DNA of 64,000 nt from NCBI RefSeq assembly GCF_041956535.1, contig NW_027192191.1:1629688-1693687 (forward strand), given 5' to 3'. Source of the DNA: Calcarisporiella thermophila CBS 279.70. Lineage: Eukaryota; Fungi; Calcarisporiellomycota. The notes under the pieces were generated by a model, which had not been told where the DNA came from, made no database searches, and saw nothing but the letters and a program-made list of their open reading frames with translations. Every line of letters begins with the position of its first letter. The first letter of the stretch is position 1. Shown here in pieces: positions 13,547 through 24,907 of this stretch. Both the position numbers and the translations under genes were made by a program.

Positions 13547-14540
13547 ATGCCACCAAAACGAGTGCTGTGCAATTGTTCTGCGTGCATTTGTAAATGGGTG
13601 AGCAAATCAACAAAGTTGAATCATGAAAAATACTATGTGAAGAAGATAAGGACCAGAAATAACTGAAATTTCTACAGAAAATATTTAAAGGGAGAGATGG
13701 TATTGAGTATGCTTAGGATCTTTTCCGTTTAGTTTACACACATTTCTTAGTAATAATAATTTAGGTTATCATTTTTTAAAGCTTCGATATTTCAGTATCA
13801 TCTCCCCTCGCAAATACAATGGATATTAGTTATGAAGAGGCCGCAGAAGGGTCACCACATGCACTGAACTGTGAATATTTTGGCAAAGAAGATGGTTGCT
13901 ATATAAATGAGAGTGGAGGTCAAAACGATATAAGTCAATCCCAAAGCAGTGAAAGCGAAAGTATGCATTCTGAACCTGGGCAGGATTATGAGTTCAGCTA
14001 TTGCTTGGTATGAGTCCATTTTTAAAATTATGTTTTAAACATGTTATTTTATATAGACGAATTGGCATAATGTCTTATTAGAAGCATAGAACTCCTTGAG
14101 GTGAATGTTGAGTTTAGAGTTCTCAACGATGATTTTAGTATTATAAATAGAAGAGTAAGTACTGATACCGAGTCAACTTATTTAATTGAAAAAGAGTTAC
14201 AAGCACTAGTGGGAATCAAACTAGATTTGATAGATTGTTGTATCAATAGTTACATTGCCTACACTTGTGAATATACCCATCTTACCATTGTACAATTTGT
14301 ATAAAACATCGTTACAAAACAAGTTCTTCGCTTAGTAAAGAGCTACCACGAAAATTGTTTCCGTACTTTTCACTTGTTGACCGATTTTCGGGTTCAAATT
14401 AAAAACTCGGCGAGATTAAATGAATTGAAATAGTGATTATCACATGCTAATACTATTCGACTCAAACTTGTTAAAAAATTATATATACAACATATTAACC
14501 CTTAAAAATAGATATAGAGCACGATATGTCGGCCAATCTA
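13547..14540 (+). mobile_element. Degenerate CACTA/EnSpm-type (Tnp2-family) transposase relic
   Basis: N-terminal MPPKRVLCNCSAC...H zinc-binding-like motif; LVGIKLDLIDCCINSYIAYTCEY followed by frameshifted RYK...PRKLFPYFSLVDRF, typical of fungal Tnp2-family transposases; stops and frameshifts throughout. Confidence 0.7.
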
Positions 14541-15202
14541 GCTACAGCGCTTCCATTCAAGTTCAACTAGCATTCTTTCTGAAGCTGGATTCGTCCAAAA
14601 CCAGTAAAGCTTAAACTAGCATCAGAGTGGATGCTCGCTTTGGTGGTGATATTGTTTCATACTATACGGAGATTGACGTGAATGAATGGCCATTTCCCAG
14701 ACGGGAGCCCTCATTTGACAAGTATTCGTGTATCGGTTCAAAATGAAGAATATATAGATTCCTTTCAATTTGCTCGAGGTGATACCTTACCATATATACT
14801 TCTCCTTTGAGCTTTATGTGAAAATAGACTAGCATGCATTAGCTTATTTTTTGGTAAGCTGGCATTATAAATTAATAGGATAGAATTTACTGTACTATTG
14901 ACTTCTTTAAATCATCGGTTCGAAACAGCTAACTAATTAGGATCAATTTAAGATAATCTGTATTTATTTGTAGCCGAGCACTCGTGATATACTCTGAACT
15001 CTTCTTGATAATTTCCAACGATGTTGTTGCATCTTTTATTATGAAAGCATAATAAATGATATTCAGCAGGAGCTAGAAGTAGTAAATGTGAAACTCTACA
15101 TGACTATTTAAATGTCAATGTTTTCTTTGAGACACAAAGCCTAGGGAGACATCTTCTTTCGATATCGCTTCTTTTTTTATTTCGTATTCACGAAAGATAA
15201 CA

Positions 15203-15568
15203 ATGGAGGCTGTTAGAGAAGGATATTTTAGAGTGGGAAATTGGATCATTAAATACGATCTTGGACGTAAGGCTTTGAGAGATTCTTTCGGATCTCATGT
15301 GCAATTCTATAGAGATATTACTCGCATCCTAACTGAAGAGGGATACGTGCGAATTCAACATAGCGTGTATCGGCGCCAGCAAGAATGCCTACTCCTAGAG
15401 GTGCTATTTCCCCTTGGCCGAATTCGGAATTTACATTGGGTGAATGGCCTCTCACCTAACTGAGAGCCACATATCCTCAGCATCAGAGTCTCGGTTCAGA
15501 AAGAAGAATTTATGGATTTTACACTCTATATCCGTGGCGAGGACTTGCCCTATATCCCTCTCTTTTGA
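15203..15568 (+). pseudogene. vapD: VapD / Cas2-like endoribonuclease gene interrupted by one in-frame TGA (15461-15463)
   Basis: WIIKYDL...QFYRDITRILTEEGYVRIQHSVY...IRNLHWV. After the TGA the same frame continues EPHILSIRVSVQKEEFMDFTLYIRG. This parallels VapD AIAFDL...AYxDI...GFxRxQGSLY...W....VRDIRAFRIEQWSDFT. No introns. Confidence 0.72.
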
Positions 15569-16579
15569 TCATCGAGAGACTGAAGTGAGCTTAATTTACT
15601 TACGATTTGCTATTGGGCTTGTTACATGCGTGTCAGGAGGATAATAAACCATAATGTGTCGAATGTTAAAATCTTGAATGAACATGATGTTGTAATTAGA
15701 TTTTTTTATATACATATAAATGCATTCCTATAGAATAAATTATTTTAATGATTTCGCAGGCATTGATATTATCCCTGTAATATTCTGAAACCAAACCCAC
15801 TTCTAGCATTGCCATAATAAATAAAAATAAAAGAGCAATTTGATTGAAAATGAATTCCTGCTCATCAGTGATCATATAAAAATATTTCTAGTTCGCTTGA
15901 ATATTGTATGCTATTTGTATGCAAGAGAAAGTAATGATGTATTTATTTTCGCATTTAGCAAATGATAACAAGCATTGTATATACTGTATATAAACTACGA
16001 ATGATTTCTGCACTTATTGAAAGAATCTCAGCGGGGTTTCATATTTGAATCGTACTCAATTTCGTATTGATCCCATACGCCCTCTTCCACCTCTTCATTT
16101 ACTTCCAAAGTGACAGAATTCTCTGTCATCTTGACTGCAATTACCTTGACATAGGTATCGCCAATACTGACCTCACTGCCAACGAGTTGTGCTGCCTCGC
16201 TGAGCAAAGAAAGGAGCTCCTGCACGAATATCAAAATAAAACCCAACTAGTCATAACAATGAAATTCGACTTTATATATATTACACTCTTTGACTGCTTT
16301 CCAACCTGCTTCTGGAGTTTTTTTGGAATAATACGTTGGGCCGCTTTGGAAACTGAGGATATAATTTTCTGCAAAGAATTTAATTAGAGCGTAGGTAGCC
16401 ATAAACTTATAAAATCAATCGAATCTCTTACGTTTCTTGGTCGCTTTTCAACCCGCATTTGAGCCTGTTTCGGAATATGAGAGGCCTCTGAAGGACGTCC
16501 GGTGTGATGTTTCTTATGATTCTTAGGCCTAAAATGTATGGTGGCATCATTTCGCATTACATTTAACGGTTGCAACTGG

Positions 16580-16647
16580 TACATCTCTTCCAAATTGCGT
16601 TCACATTTATTACATCTCTTCCAAATTGCGTTCACATTTATTACATC
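16580..16647. repeat. Perfect 31-bp tandem duplication (2 copies plus 6 nt)
   Basis: tacatctcttccaaattgcgttcacatttat at 16580-16610 and 16611-16641, then tacatc. Confidence 0.9.
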
Positions 16648-17713
16648 GCTTACTTACGCGAGTGATGCTATCACTTTATCTGCTTCACGCCAATCAAGCA
16701 TATTACTAATATCGCTGCAATATTTCGCAACGAGTCTGATCCTCATTGCTTCCTCATTACTAGCCCTATTATTAAAATATGTTTTTTTTAGCTTTTCATG
16801 AATCATACCATCAACTATCTTACTTTATCGGATCGAAATTATTAGCCTCGCATTTTTCGGGATCGAGATATTCTTGCCCATATTTATTGGTAGTCAAGCA
16901 CTCGTAATACAAGCGACTTGCTTCTCGGCTTTCTCTAACAATGTTTTTGCATTCTATTTTATGAAAGTACAACAAATGATTTTAAGATATAAAACTAGAA
17001 TAATGGAAAACTATACAGGATCATCTAATGCCTACGATTTCTTATATGTTCGATAGCTAGAGAGGTATTTCCTTCTGACATCGCGTTATTTGGCGAAGAT
17101 TACAGGAGAAAACTTATGACAATTTCTCTCTTTAAATACTAATCAGCATATGTCATTATCTTAAACCTAGTTAGTATTTAATTTATCTAGATTGAATTTC
17201 ATGTTATTTGTAAATATTGTACTGTTTATTTTCATATTCATGAAACATAACAAAAACTATTAGAAAAAGCATTAGTTGCCTTATTACCATGGATAAATAG
17301 TAATACCCATATTATAAGGCTTGAACTTCAGTTCAGGTCTTAAATATTATAGATGCTGATTTTTATATATGAAGACGTGATATGCCTGCTATATTATTTT
17401 TTTTTAGCACGACACGAGTTTGTCTTGCCATCAGTTAGTGTGATTGAACAAATACTTTCCTAGATAGGTTTACATATACTCTGTGTGCAATGTAAAAGGT
17501 TGACGCATTTATTTTCCCATTTAATGATAACAAACATCGTATTCTCTGTATATAAACCATGAGTAAGTGCTACATTTTTTCGAAGAAGCTCAGTGCGGCT
17601 TCATTATGGAATCGTATTCGGTCTCGCAATTATCCCAGACGTCCTTTTTCACCTCCTCATTGACCTCCAAAATGATAAAGATCTGTCACATTAGTAAAAA
17701 TTACTTTGACATA

Positions 17714-18149
17714 AAGTATCTCCGGAAAGTTTTGGGCAGCTCTTTATTTTAATAAATTGATCATATTTCCTATAAAATTTTTATTACAAATAAATATTAT
17801 TTGTGTTTTAAAAACTAACTGTGCCTGCTTTCATGATGTTCGCAATATGTGTTATTTTGTTTTCAACTTTACAGGGATATAACGATTTATTATGAAAAAT
17901 GAAGTGAATAAAAGGTTGGCACCATGTAAAATCTCTATATCTGGATTTAAGAAATTTTCCGAAATATATTAATATACTAATATTTCACTTGAAGAGAGTT
18001 AGCAAAGGATATTCAGCTGTATATGCAATGGTAACGGCGTAAGTGGGGTTTCCAAATATTTAATTGTTTTTCATATGGACGTTGTTTGTAGAGAAATATT
18101 TAGGTAAAAATAAAAATTTAAGGTGCCCCAAAACTTTCCAGAGATACAT
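17714..18149. mobile_element. Degenerate non-autonomous TIR element (Tc1/mariner-like MITE)
   Basis: Left end gtatctccggaaagttttgggcagct (17716-17741) is the near-perfect reverse complement of aggtgccccaaaactttccagagatac (18121-18147). TA dinucleotides flank both ends (17712-13, 18150-51). Confidence 0.7.
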
Positions 18150-19558
18150 TATATCCCACCATCCTGGGTAAATCATTGTTTTATTTATAGTTTCTAACTA
18201 ACTTCGCTATGAGGTTTATTTGTAGGGTCTACTACTTAACTGTTTACGTGTATGTTATTTTTTTTTAATAGTTAGTAGCATCTTTAGGCATTACTATTAT
18301 CCAGAAGGTCCGGGACAAGGCAATCGCAAACACGAATAAGTAAATACAAAAAAAAAAAAATAGCGTGTGACGATACAGAAACACGCCTTTTTACAATATA
18401 GATTGATAAGCTAGATTAATAAACGGCCGAGGAGGCTTATCCCTGGCTTAATTCGTGTGATTAAAACCATATTGCCTTGAGTTTACAAATAAGCAGAGTA
18501 TGGCATTATGCTTTATGAGGTTTTAGACAGAGAATGCGATTTATTGTCGGTTCCTCATGGAAGGACGGAATGGGTGAAGTAGTGGCATTGTGCAATGATA
18601 TATTCTCTTAGAAATAAAACATGTTGGTGAACTTTCTTGTCTAATGATGAGTTTCCGACTAAAAACAAATACATAGAGCCACTTTGTCATGTGGTATCTT
18701 AGGAAAGATTAAGAAAGAGTGTGTGTCCGATAAATCCAATCAAGTACCATCGAATGCAGTTCTTGAAAGTTGAGAGAGCGAAGGGTTGTGCGCTATTGCA
18801 AAAGTCGGACCCATGGCCGAGTCGCTCACCGCGGATGCCCCTTGCTACTCAGATCGAGCATATACTGACTTCAAATAAACCAATCGGCCCTGCCATCCCT
18901 CCAACTCGCCATTGGGGATCCCCTGTGGGTTGTACAGGAGAGTGGCGGATTTTTCCAGCAACCCGCCACAAGGATTCCCGGGATTATCCACTGACTAATG
19001 CGCCAGTTATCATATCAGAACGAAAAAATGATGCGATGAATTCCCATGCTCCAATTTCGACGATTGGTTGAGAACCTTGAGTTTGGGATCCATTTAATAA
19101 ACCTAAATCTCACTAGGTAGCACAGAGCCAAATAGGATGAGAGGGAGCAGAAGGGCTAGATGAGGACGGGGTGGAGGCTCGGCTAGAGATGACTGCATAT
19201 CCATCCCCCTCTAGTGGCGGGAAGGCTGCAGTGTCCGGCTTCTGCTCTAGCTCCTCGGTAGAGCTTTGCAAGCGGGCAGCAGGAACCAGCTCTAACCGTA
19301 AATTCGAGTCACAAGTGAATCATTTTTAAAGATGAGATCGGAGTAGGCCCGCAATCAACGCGGTGAAACTCTAGAAAGCCACATCTCCATACGCGTGTCT
19401 TTGCTGAACCATGCGGCCACTGCTCTTCTTTTCCGGAAACTTCAAAGGAAGGTTGCGGTAATGCTGGATTGCACAATTCGGAGCAATCCATGACGCCGCG
19501 AAGGCGGAGGGGAATCACCAGGCTGACAGAAGCTTGCCATCTCATGCCCCTGCGTGTG

Positions 19559-19566
19559 TATAAATA
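19559..19566 (+). promoter_or_regulatory. TATA box
   Basis: TATAAATA about 55 nt upstream of the ATG at 19616. Confidence 0.55.
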
Positions 19567-19615
19567 GCCGGCTGCCCTTCCTCAGCTTTTGAAGCTCTAG
19601 ACATCTGAATCAAAT

Positions 19616-19996
19616 ATGCGCGCCGCTCTCTTCTTCTCCGCCCTTTTCGCTCTCGTTGCCCTCGTGCTCGCTCGCAGCGAGCGCATTTCTGGAACCTTGA
19701 ACAAGGACAGCAGCATCACCTCTTTCAGCGTCAGGCGCACGACCTCCCGCACGGGCGATATCGTCCTCAAGCTCGATAACTTCCCTGACTGCGTGTGGAG
19801 AAACTTGAAGATCCGCGTGAACCCCGTGAACAAGCCTGCCTTTGACTGGCGCACCTGGGTCTACGGCACCGATGTCGTGGAGTTCATTATCGGTAATGAC
19901 GTGCTTGCAGGCACCACCTTTACTTTGGACGGAAAGCTTGAGCCTGCCGTCGGATCAAGATGCAACACCAACTTCGGTGGTGTGCTCACATACTAG
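19616..19996 (+). CDS. Small secreted beta-rich protein of unknown function (126 aa, 2 Cys)
   Basis: Clear signal peptide MRAALFFSALFALVALVLA; intronless; strong C-ending codon bias; TATA upstream and AATAAA-like signal downstream. Confidence 0.85.
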   Translation: MRAALFFSALFALVALVLARSERISGTLNKDSSITSFSVRRTTSRTGDIVLKLDNFPDCVWRNLKIRVNPVNKPAFDWRTWVYGTDVVEFIIGNDVLAGTTFTLDGKLEPAVGSRCNTNFGGVLTY

Positions 19997-20306
19997 GAAT
20001 CTAGGACATTTAGCTTAATCATCTCTTAATTCTGTTCAATATTACAAATAAACCCGGATTAGCTACTTTTCGATTGTTTTTACCGAATTTCCCATAAAGA
20101 AAATAACAAGTTTCAGCCCACAAAATTATATTAAAATACATGAAATGGGAGAGAAAAAGAGTGGATATAGGCGAGGTTTATGATAAATATATTAAAGTCG
20201 GCAGGAGAAAAGTGGTGAAAAAAATATACAAATCTATCATGGAATATACAGTTGGGGAGGCGACTGATATTTATTCACTCTTATCGGCGTCTACTGGCTC
20301 TTTGAC

Positions 20307-21500
20307 TTAATAATAAATGCTCATCCCTTTAAGCTATAATGGAGTGATGGTAGGTTAGCATGTCTATTTTCGAACGCAGGACAATAAAAGCATGCTTACC
20401 CAATGCTCCGTAACGTGACAATGAAACAGCCACTTCCCGACGTTATCGGGAATCATATCCACGGTTCTGAACGACGCAGGCATCAAATCTACGACGTCTG
20501 TTCGGTGCCCGTGATAAAGCACCGTATTCCCATCCCAATGCGCAGTATGCATATCAAAGGTGCTTCCCAGGGAAAAGACATACCATCGCACCCTGCTTCC
20601 TGCCCGCATTACCAGACCGTCTAAATTGTTATAGATAAACCCGTTGATATTGGCCATGAAATTCGATGCGCGGAATTCTGCGTCTGACTTCAAGCCTATC
20701 CCGTTCTCGGTGTACTTCTGGATGTTATCGTCGATGTAAGGGGATCGATTTTCATCCGTCTCAAGAAGAGCCATTATAACCTCCTGATCGATGTAAGCTG
20801 TCGGCTTGCCAGTATCATCAAGCATTCCAGGCTTGTAAACAATCAGAGCTCCCATTAAACCAGCAAAGATATCCTCGGGATCCATCACATGCGAATGGTA
20901 TGCATATAGGATGGACGAGGGATCGTTCGGACCCGGTGCACTTCGCATGGCTACATCCCACACATAGGTCACCGTTTCACCCGGTGGGACAGCTGCTGTC
21001 TTCAACTTTTCTGTGCCCATATAGAGGGCGCCTTCTGAGATCAGGGTGTATTTAACTCCATGGGGGTGAACTGAATAGGGTTTTGATGCCATATTTCGGA
21101 AATGGACTCGCACTCTATCCCCCGTTTCAGCTCTGATGGTTGGGCCAAGCAATCCCAATACCGGATCATGAGGCAGCTGTGTACTGAAAGTGGCATCCGA
21201 ATAGGCACGGTATACGGCTTTTTTATATTTTTTACCGATGCGCCGGGCATTGTTTTCAGTAAACTGTTTGGCTATAGTAGATTCAAGTTGATCGCCGTGC
21301 ATATAGTCGTAGTTTAAGGGGGCGTAATCCCAATCTAGCTCAACGGCAGCAATGAAGTATTCTCTCACAAAGCCAGAGAGTGGGTAGCCGCCAATTCCAT
21401 CTCCCTTCTCTATCGGATGAACAATGTGACCATCATATTGTGCGAAAGTGACTTGAAATAAGAAGATAGTAAAAAGAGCAAATATCGAGATCTTCATCAT
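20307..21500 (-). CDS. Secreted two-domain ceruloplasmin/hephaestin-like multicopper oxidase
   Basis: Signal peptide MMKISIFALF...; REYFIAAVELDWDYAP, IGKKYKKAVY, LGLLGPTIRAETGD, SVHPHG, YHSH, HTAHWDG and HCHVTEHW|LKGM (intron 20399..20334). Confidence 0.88.
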
Positions 21501-21952
21501 GATCCTTCCACACACTTTCCAGTGATTCGACACTGACTGTGACAACTTAAAATAGAGTGATGAGAATTCCGTTAATTTTAAGCCACCATATAAAGCATGA
21601 AATTGATTGCTGTTAAACTTGGCTAAACAGTAACCCGTCAGTGTCTCTGAATAGCAAACTGCAGTAGCTCTAGGGGGGACGCCTTTATCTACGAACAATC
21701 CTACAAAGTTGGGTGCCTTTTCTTTGAGAGGCGTGTCGACTCAGAATTGATATCAAATTTGGAATTCCTTGAGGGTGGAGGCCAATATTCGATAAGCCGT
21801 GCCCCCCTTAATTTCAGACGAATATGTGTGTAACCAAAAATGATGTCGTCAGCCAAATACATCATCACTATTTACTAGGAGAGCCCCTGAAGTATCACTA
21901 GTCGATCTGTCGAGAGAATCATCTTGATCTCGTCAAAACATTTGCAAAATAA

Positions 21953-24296
21953 ATGCTGCGTGCCAAGCATATCGTTCCTTCGGCTCGGAGCCTGTTATGG
22001 CACACAGGAGGTATATACTAGCTTCATATATCGTGGCTAATTATATGTTTATAAATTCCATCTTTTTTTTTCTACTTTATCATCTAGCCAAACGATGTTT
22101 TAGTGCTACAACAGTAAAAAAGGAGGAGGTCGAAGTGTTTGTCGATGGCAAATCTGTGAAAATTGAACAAGGTTCTGCTGTTATTCAAGCATGCGAGAAG
22201 GCTGGTACCCCCATTCCGCGCTTTTGCTACCATGGTAAATAATAAACAAATTTTGCAATTTCCAATTTATCTTCGACAAATGACTGATGGATAATTCACA
22301 TGCAGAGAGACTTTCGGTTGCTGGTAACTGCCGTATGTGTCTGGTAGAAGTTGAAAAGTCTCCCAAACCAGTCGCATCGTGTGCGTTCCCTGTCGCCCCA
22401 GGAATGAAAATTAAGACCAACACTCCTCTCGTGCACCGTGCACGTGAGGGTGTGATGGAATTCCTTCTTGCCAACCACCCTCTCGACTGTCCCATTTGTG
22501 ACCAGGGTGGTGAATGCGATCTGCAAGATCAGTCTGTACGCTATGGTTCCGATCGCGGGCGATTCCATGAAATTGTTGGAAAGCGCGCTGTCGAGGATAA
22601 AGATTTTGGACCCTTTGTTAAAACGGTCATGACACGTTGTATTCACTGCACTAGATGTGTGCGGTTTGCAAATGAGGTTGCTGGTGCCACGGACCTCGGA
22701 ACCAGCGGGCGAGGAAATGATATGCAGATTGGCACTTATGTCGAGAAGGCCATCGACTCGGAAATGAGCGGAAACATTATTGACCTATGCCCCGTCGGAG
22801 CTCTCACGTCGAAGCCATATGCATTCACCGCAAGACCTTGGGAGTTGAAGCGCACTGAATCCGTGGATGTGATGGATGCGATTGGAAGCAATATCCGCAT
22901 CGACTCCCGAGGAGTTGAAGTGATGCGCGTTGTCCCACGCCTGAATGACGACATCAACGAGGAATGGATTTCGGACAAGACACGGTTTGCGTATGACGGG
23001 CTTAAGCGTCAGCGTCTCACCGTTCCGCTTATGCGCAATGGCAATGAGTTCGTCCCCTTGAGCTGGGAGCAGGCACTGACCAAGGCGGCGGAGAAGTTGC
23101 GCGAGGCCAAGGGTAATGAAATCAAGGCCATTGCCGGCCATTTGGCAGACGTGGAGAGCATGGTTGCGTTGAAGGACCTCTTGAACCGCTTGGGGTCAGA
23201 GAACTTGGCGCTTGATCAGCCTTTGGGCAATCAGCCCCCTGCTCACGGAGTGGATTTCCGTATGAATTACACCCTCAACACCTCCTTGGGTGCCGTCGAG
23301 GAAGCCGATGCGGTGCTCCTGATCGGCACCAACCCAAGACACGAAGGCCCGATTCTGAACACTCGCTTACGTAAGGGTTATCTCCACAACGACACCAATC
23401 TGGCCGTCGTCGGCCATCCCGCCGATCTCACCTATGAGTACGCGCATATTGGCGAGAGCAGCGCCGCGATTGAGGAGGTGTTCTCCGGAAAGCATCCCTT
23501 CGCTAAGCAGTTGGCGGAAGCGAAGAACCCAATGATTATTGTCGGAAGCGGTGTGATGGAAACCGAGGATGCTGATTATGTGCTGTCGAAGGTGGCGGAG
23601 TACGTGGATAAGAATCGTTCACGCTTTGTTCGCGACGACTGGAACGGATTCAACGTGTTCCAGCGTGCGGCAAGTCGCACGGGAGCCTACGATATTGGAT
23701 TCGCAGGATCTGCAGAGGGTGCCGCCGCCAAACCAAAGTTTGTGTACCTACTGAATGCCGACGAGGTCACAGGCAACGATCTCCCCAAGGATGCATTTGT
23801 GGTGTACCAAGGCCACCACGGAGATGTGGGCGCCCAATATGCTGACTTGATCTTGCCTGGAGCAGCCTACACCGAAAAGAACGCCACCTATGTTAACACC
23901 GAGGGTAGGACGCAGATCACGCGTGCCGCCGTCTCACCTCCTGGTGCCTCGCGCGAGGACTGGAAGATCGTGCGAGCGCTATCCGAGGTGGCCGGTGCTG
24001 CTCTCCCCTATGATGACATACTCGCGCTCCGCGAACGTATGACGGAGATTGCCCCGCATCTCATTCACTACGATGTTGTCGAGTCAAGGGCCATTCCTTC
24101 CCTTGCCCTAAACTCGCTCAAGAAGGCCGGCGTCAAGTCCTCCGGCGTGTCGTTCAAGCCCGTGATTGAGGACTTTTACCATACCGATGCCATTTCCCGC
24201 ACCTCAGCCAACATGGCCAAGGGTTCCGCCTATTTCACGAAGAAGACCGTGCCGGTAGGAGAGTACAAAGACGATCAGATGCGAATTGCAGTTTAG
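21953..24296 (+). CDS. NDUFS1: NADH:ubiquinone oxidoreductase 75/78-kDa subunit
   Basis: Mitochondrial presequence; [47 protein letters not shown] and DLCPVGAL; introns 22011-22087 and 22235-22305. Confidence 0.98.
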
Positions 24297-24907
24297 ATTG
24301 TTTGTGCTTTTATCAATTGCCTTTTTAGACTTTATATTTTTTTTTTCTTCCTCTTTTTTTTTTTTCCTTTTATATATCATCTCTCCCCCTTTCTTTCTCT
24401 ATATAAAGATAATTAAAAATCTGAAAATTTTCTATTCAATTCTGTCTCGTAAAAGTAAATCCTCAGCTAAATAGTGTTTAGTCGACATCATTTGTCATTG
24501 GGTTAAGGTGGTAGTAGATATCGAAGGAGTGTTTCCTCTCTTGACTTGGTCGACACTAAGCACCCCAGCTTCTCCTTTTGACGAGAGAGGGTTTAAGTCT
24601 GCTTTTCTGGGAGAGTAGAATTTATCCGGAAAAAGCAAGCCCACTTTCATGAGCTTGAGCACAATACAACTTTATTTTACTCTCATTATATTACTGATAA
24701 GTTTCAGCGATATTACAGATAACTTGCTATAATTAAACAAGAGGGTACGTCCACACACCGACACTACCAGAAGAAACAACTCATGGTTTCCCTCGAGCAG
24801 GGGCGGGGGATTACAAAACTCGAAGTGGCCTGTCCTGATCTCCAAGTATCTTGAGAATGCAAGGCTTTCATAGCTGCGTTGAAGAGGATCACGGCTGAGC
24901 ACCGGGC

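Noticed and set aside
15461-15720. Selenocysteine recoding of the vapD-like TGA
   Set aside because: The position is a variable loop, not a Cys-equivalent site, and no convincing SECIS stem-loop is visible downstream.
16580-16647. 31-bp direct repeat about 1 kb from a Cas2-like gene, considered as a CRISPR array
   Set aside because: Only two directly abutting copies with no spacer and no other cas genes; this is a simple tandem duplication.
18721-19545. Moderately GC-rich stretch with short ORFs
   Set aside because: No coding signature; most simply the upstream regulatory region of the secreted gene at 19616.
20364-21698. ORF-track boundaries of the multicopper oxidase (444 aa)
   Set aside because: The true start is probably the signal-peptide Met at 21500, and the VSMLLLSCVRK tail is read-through into an intron.
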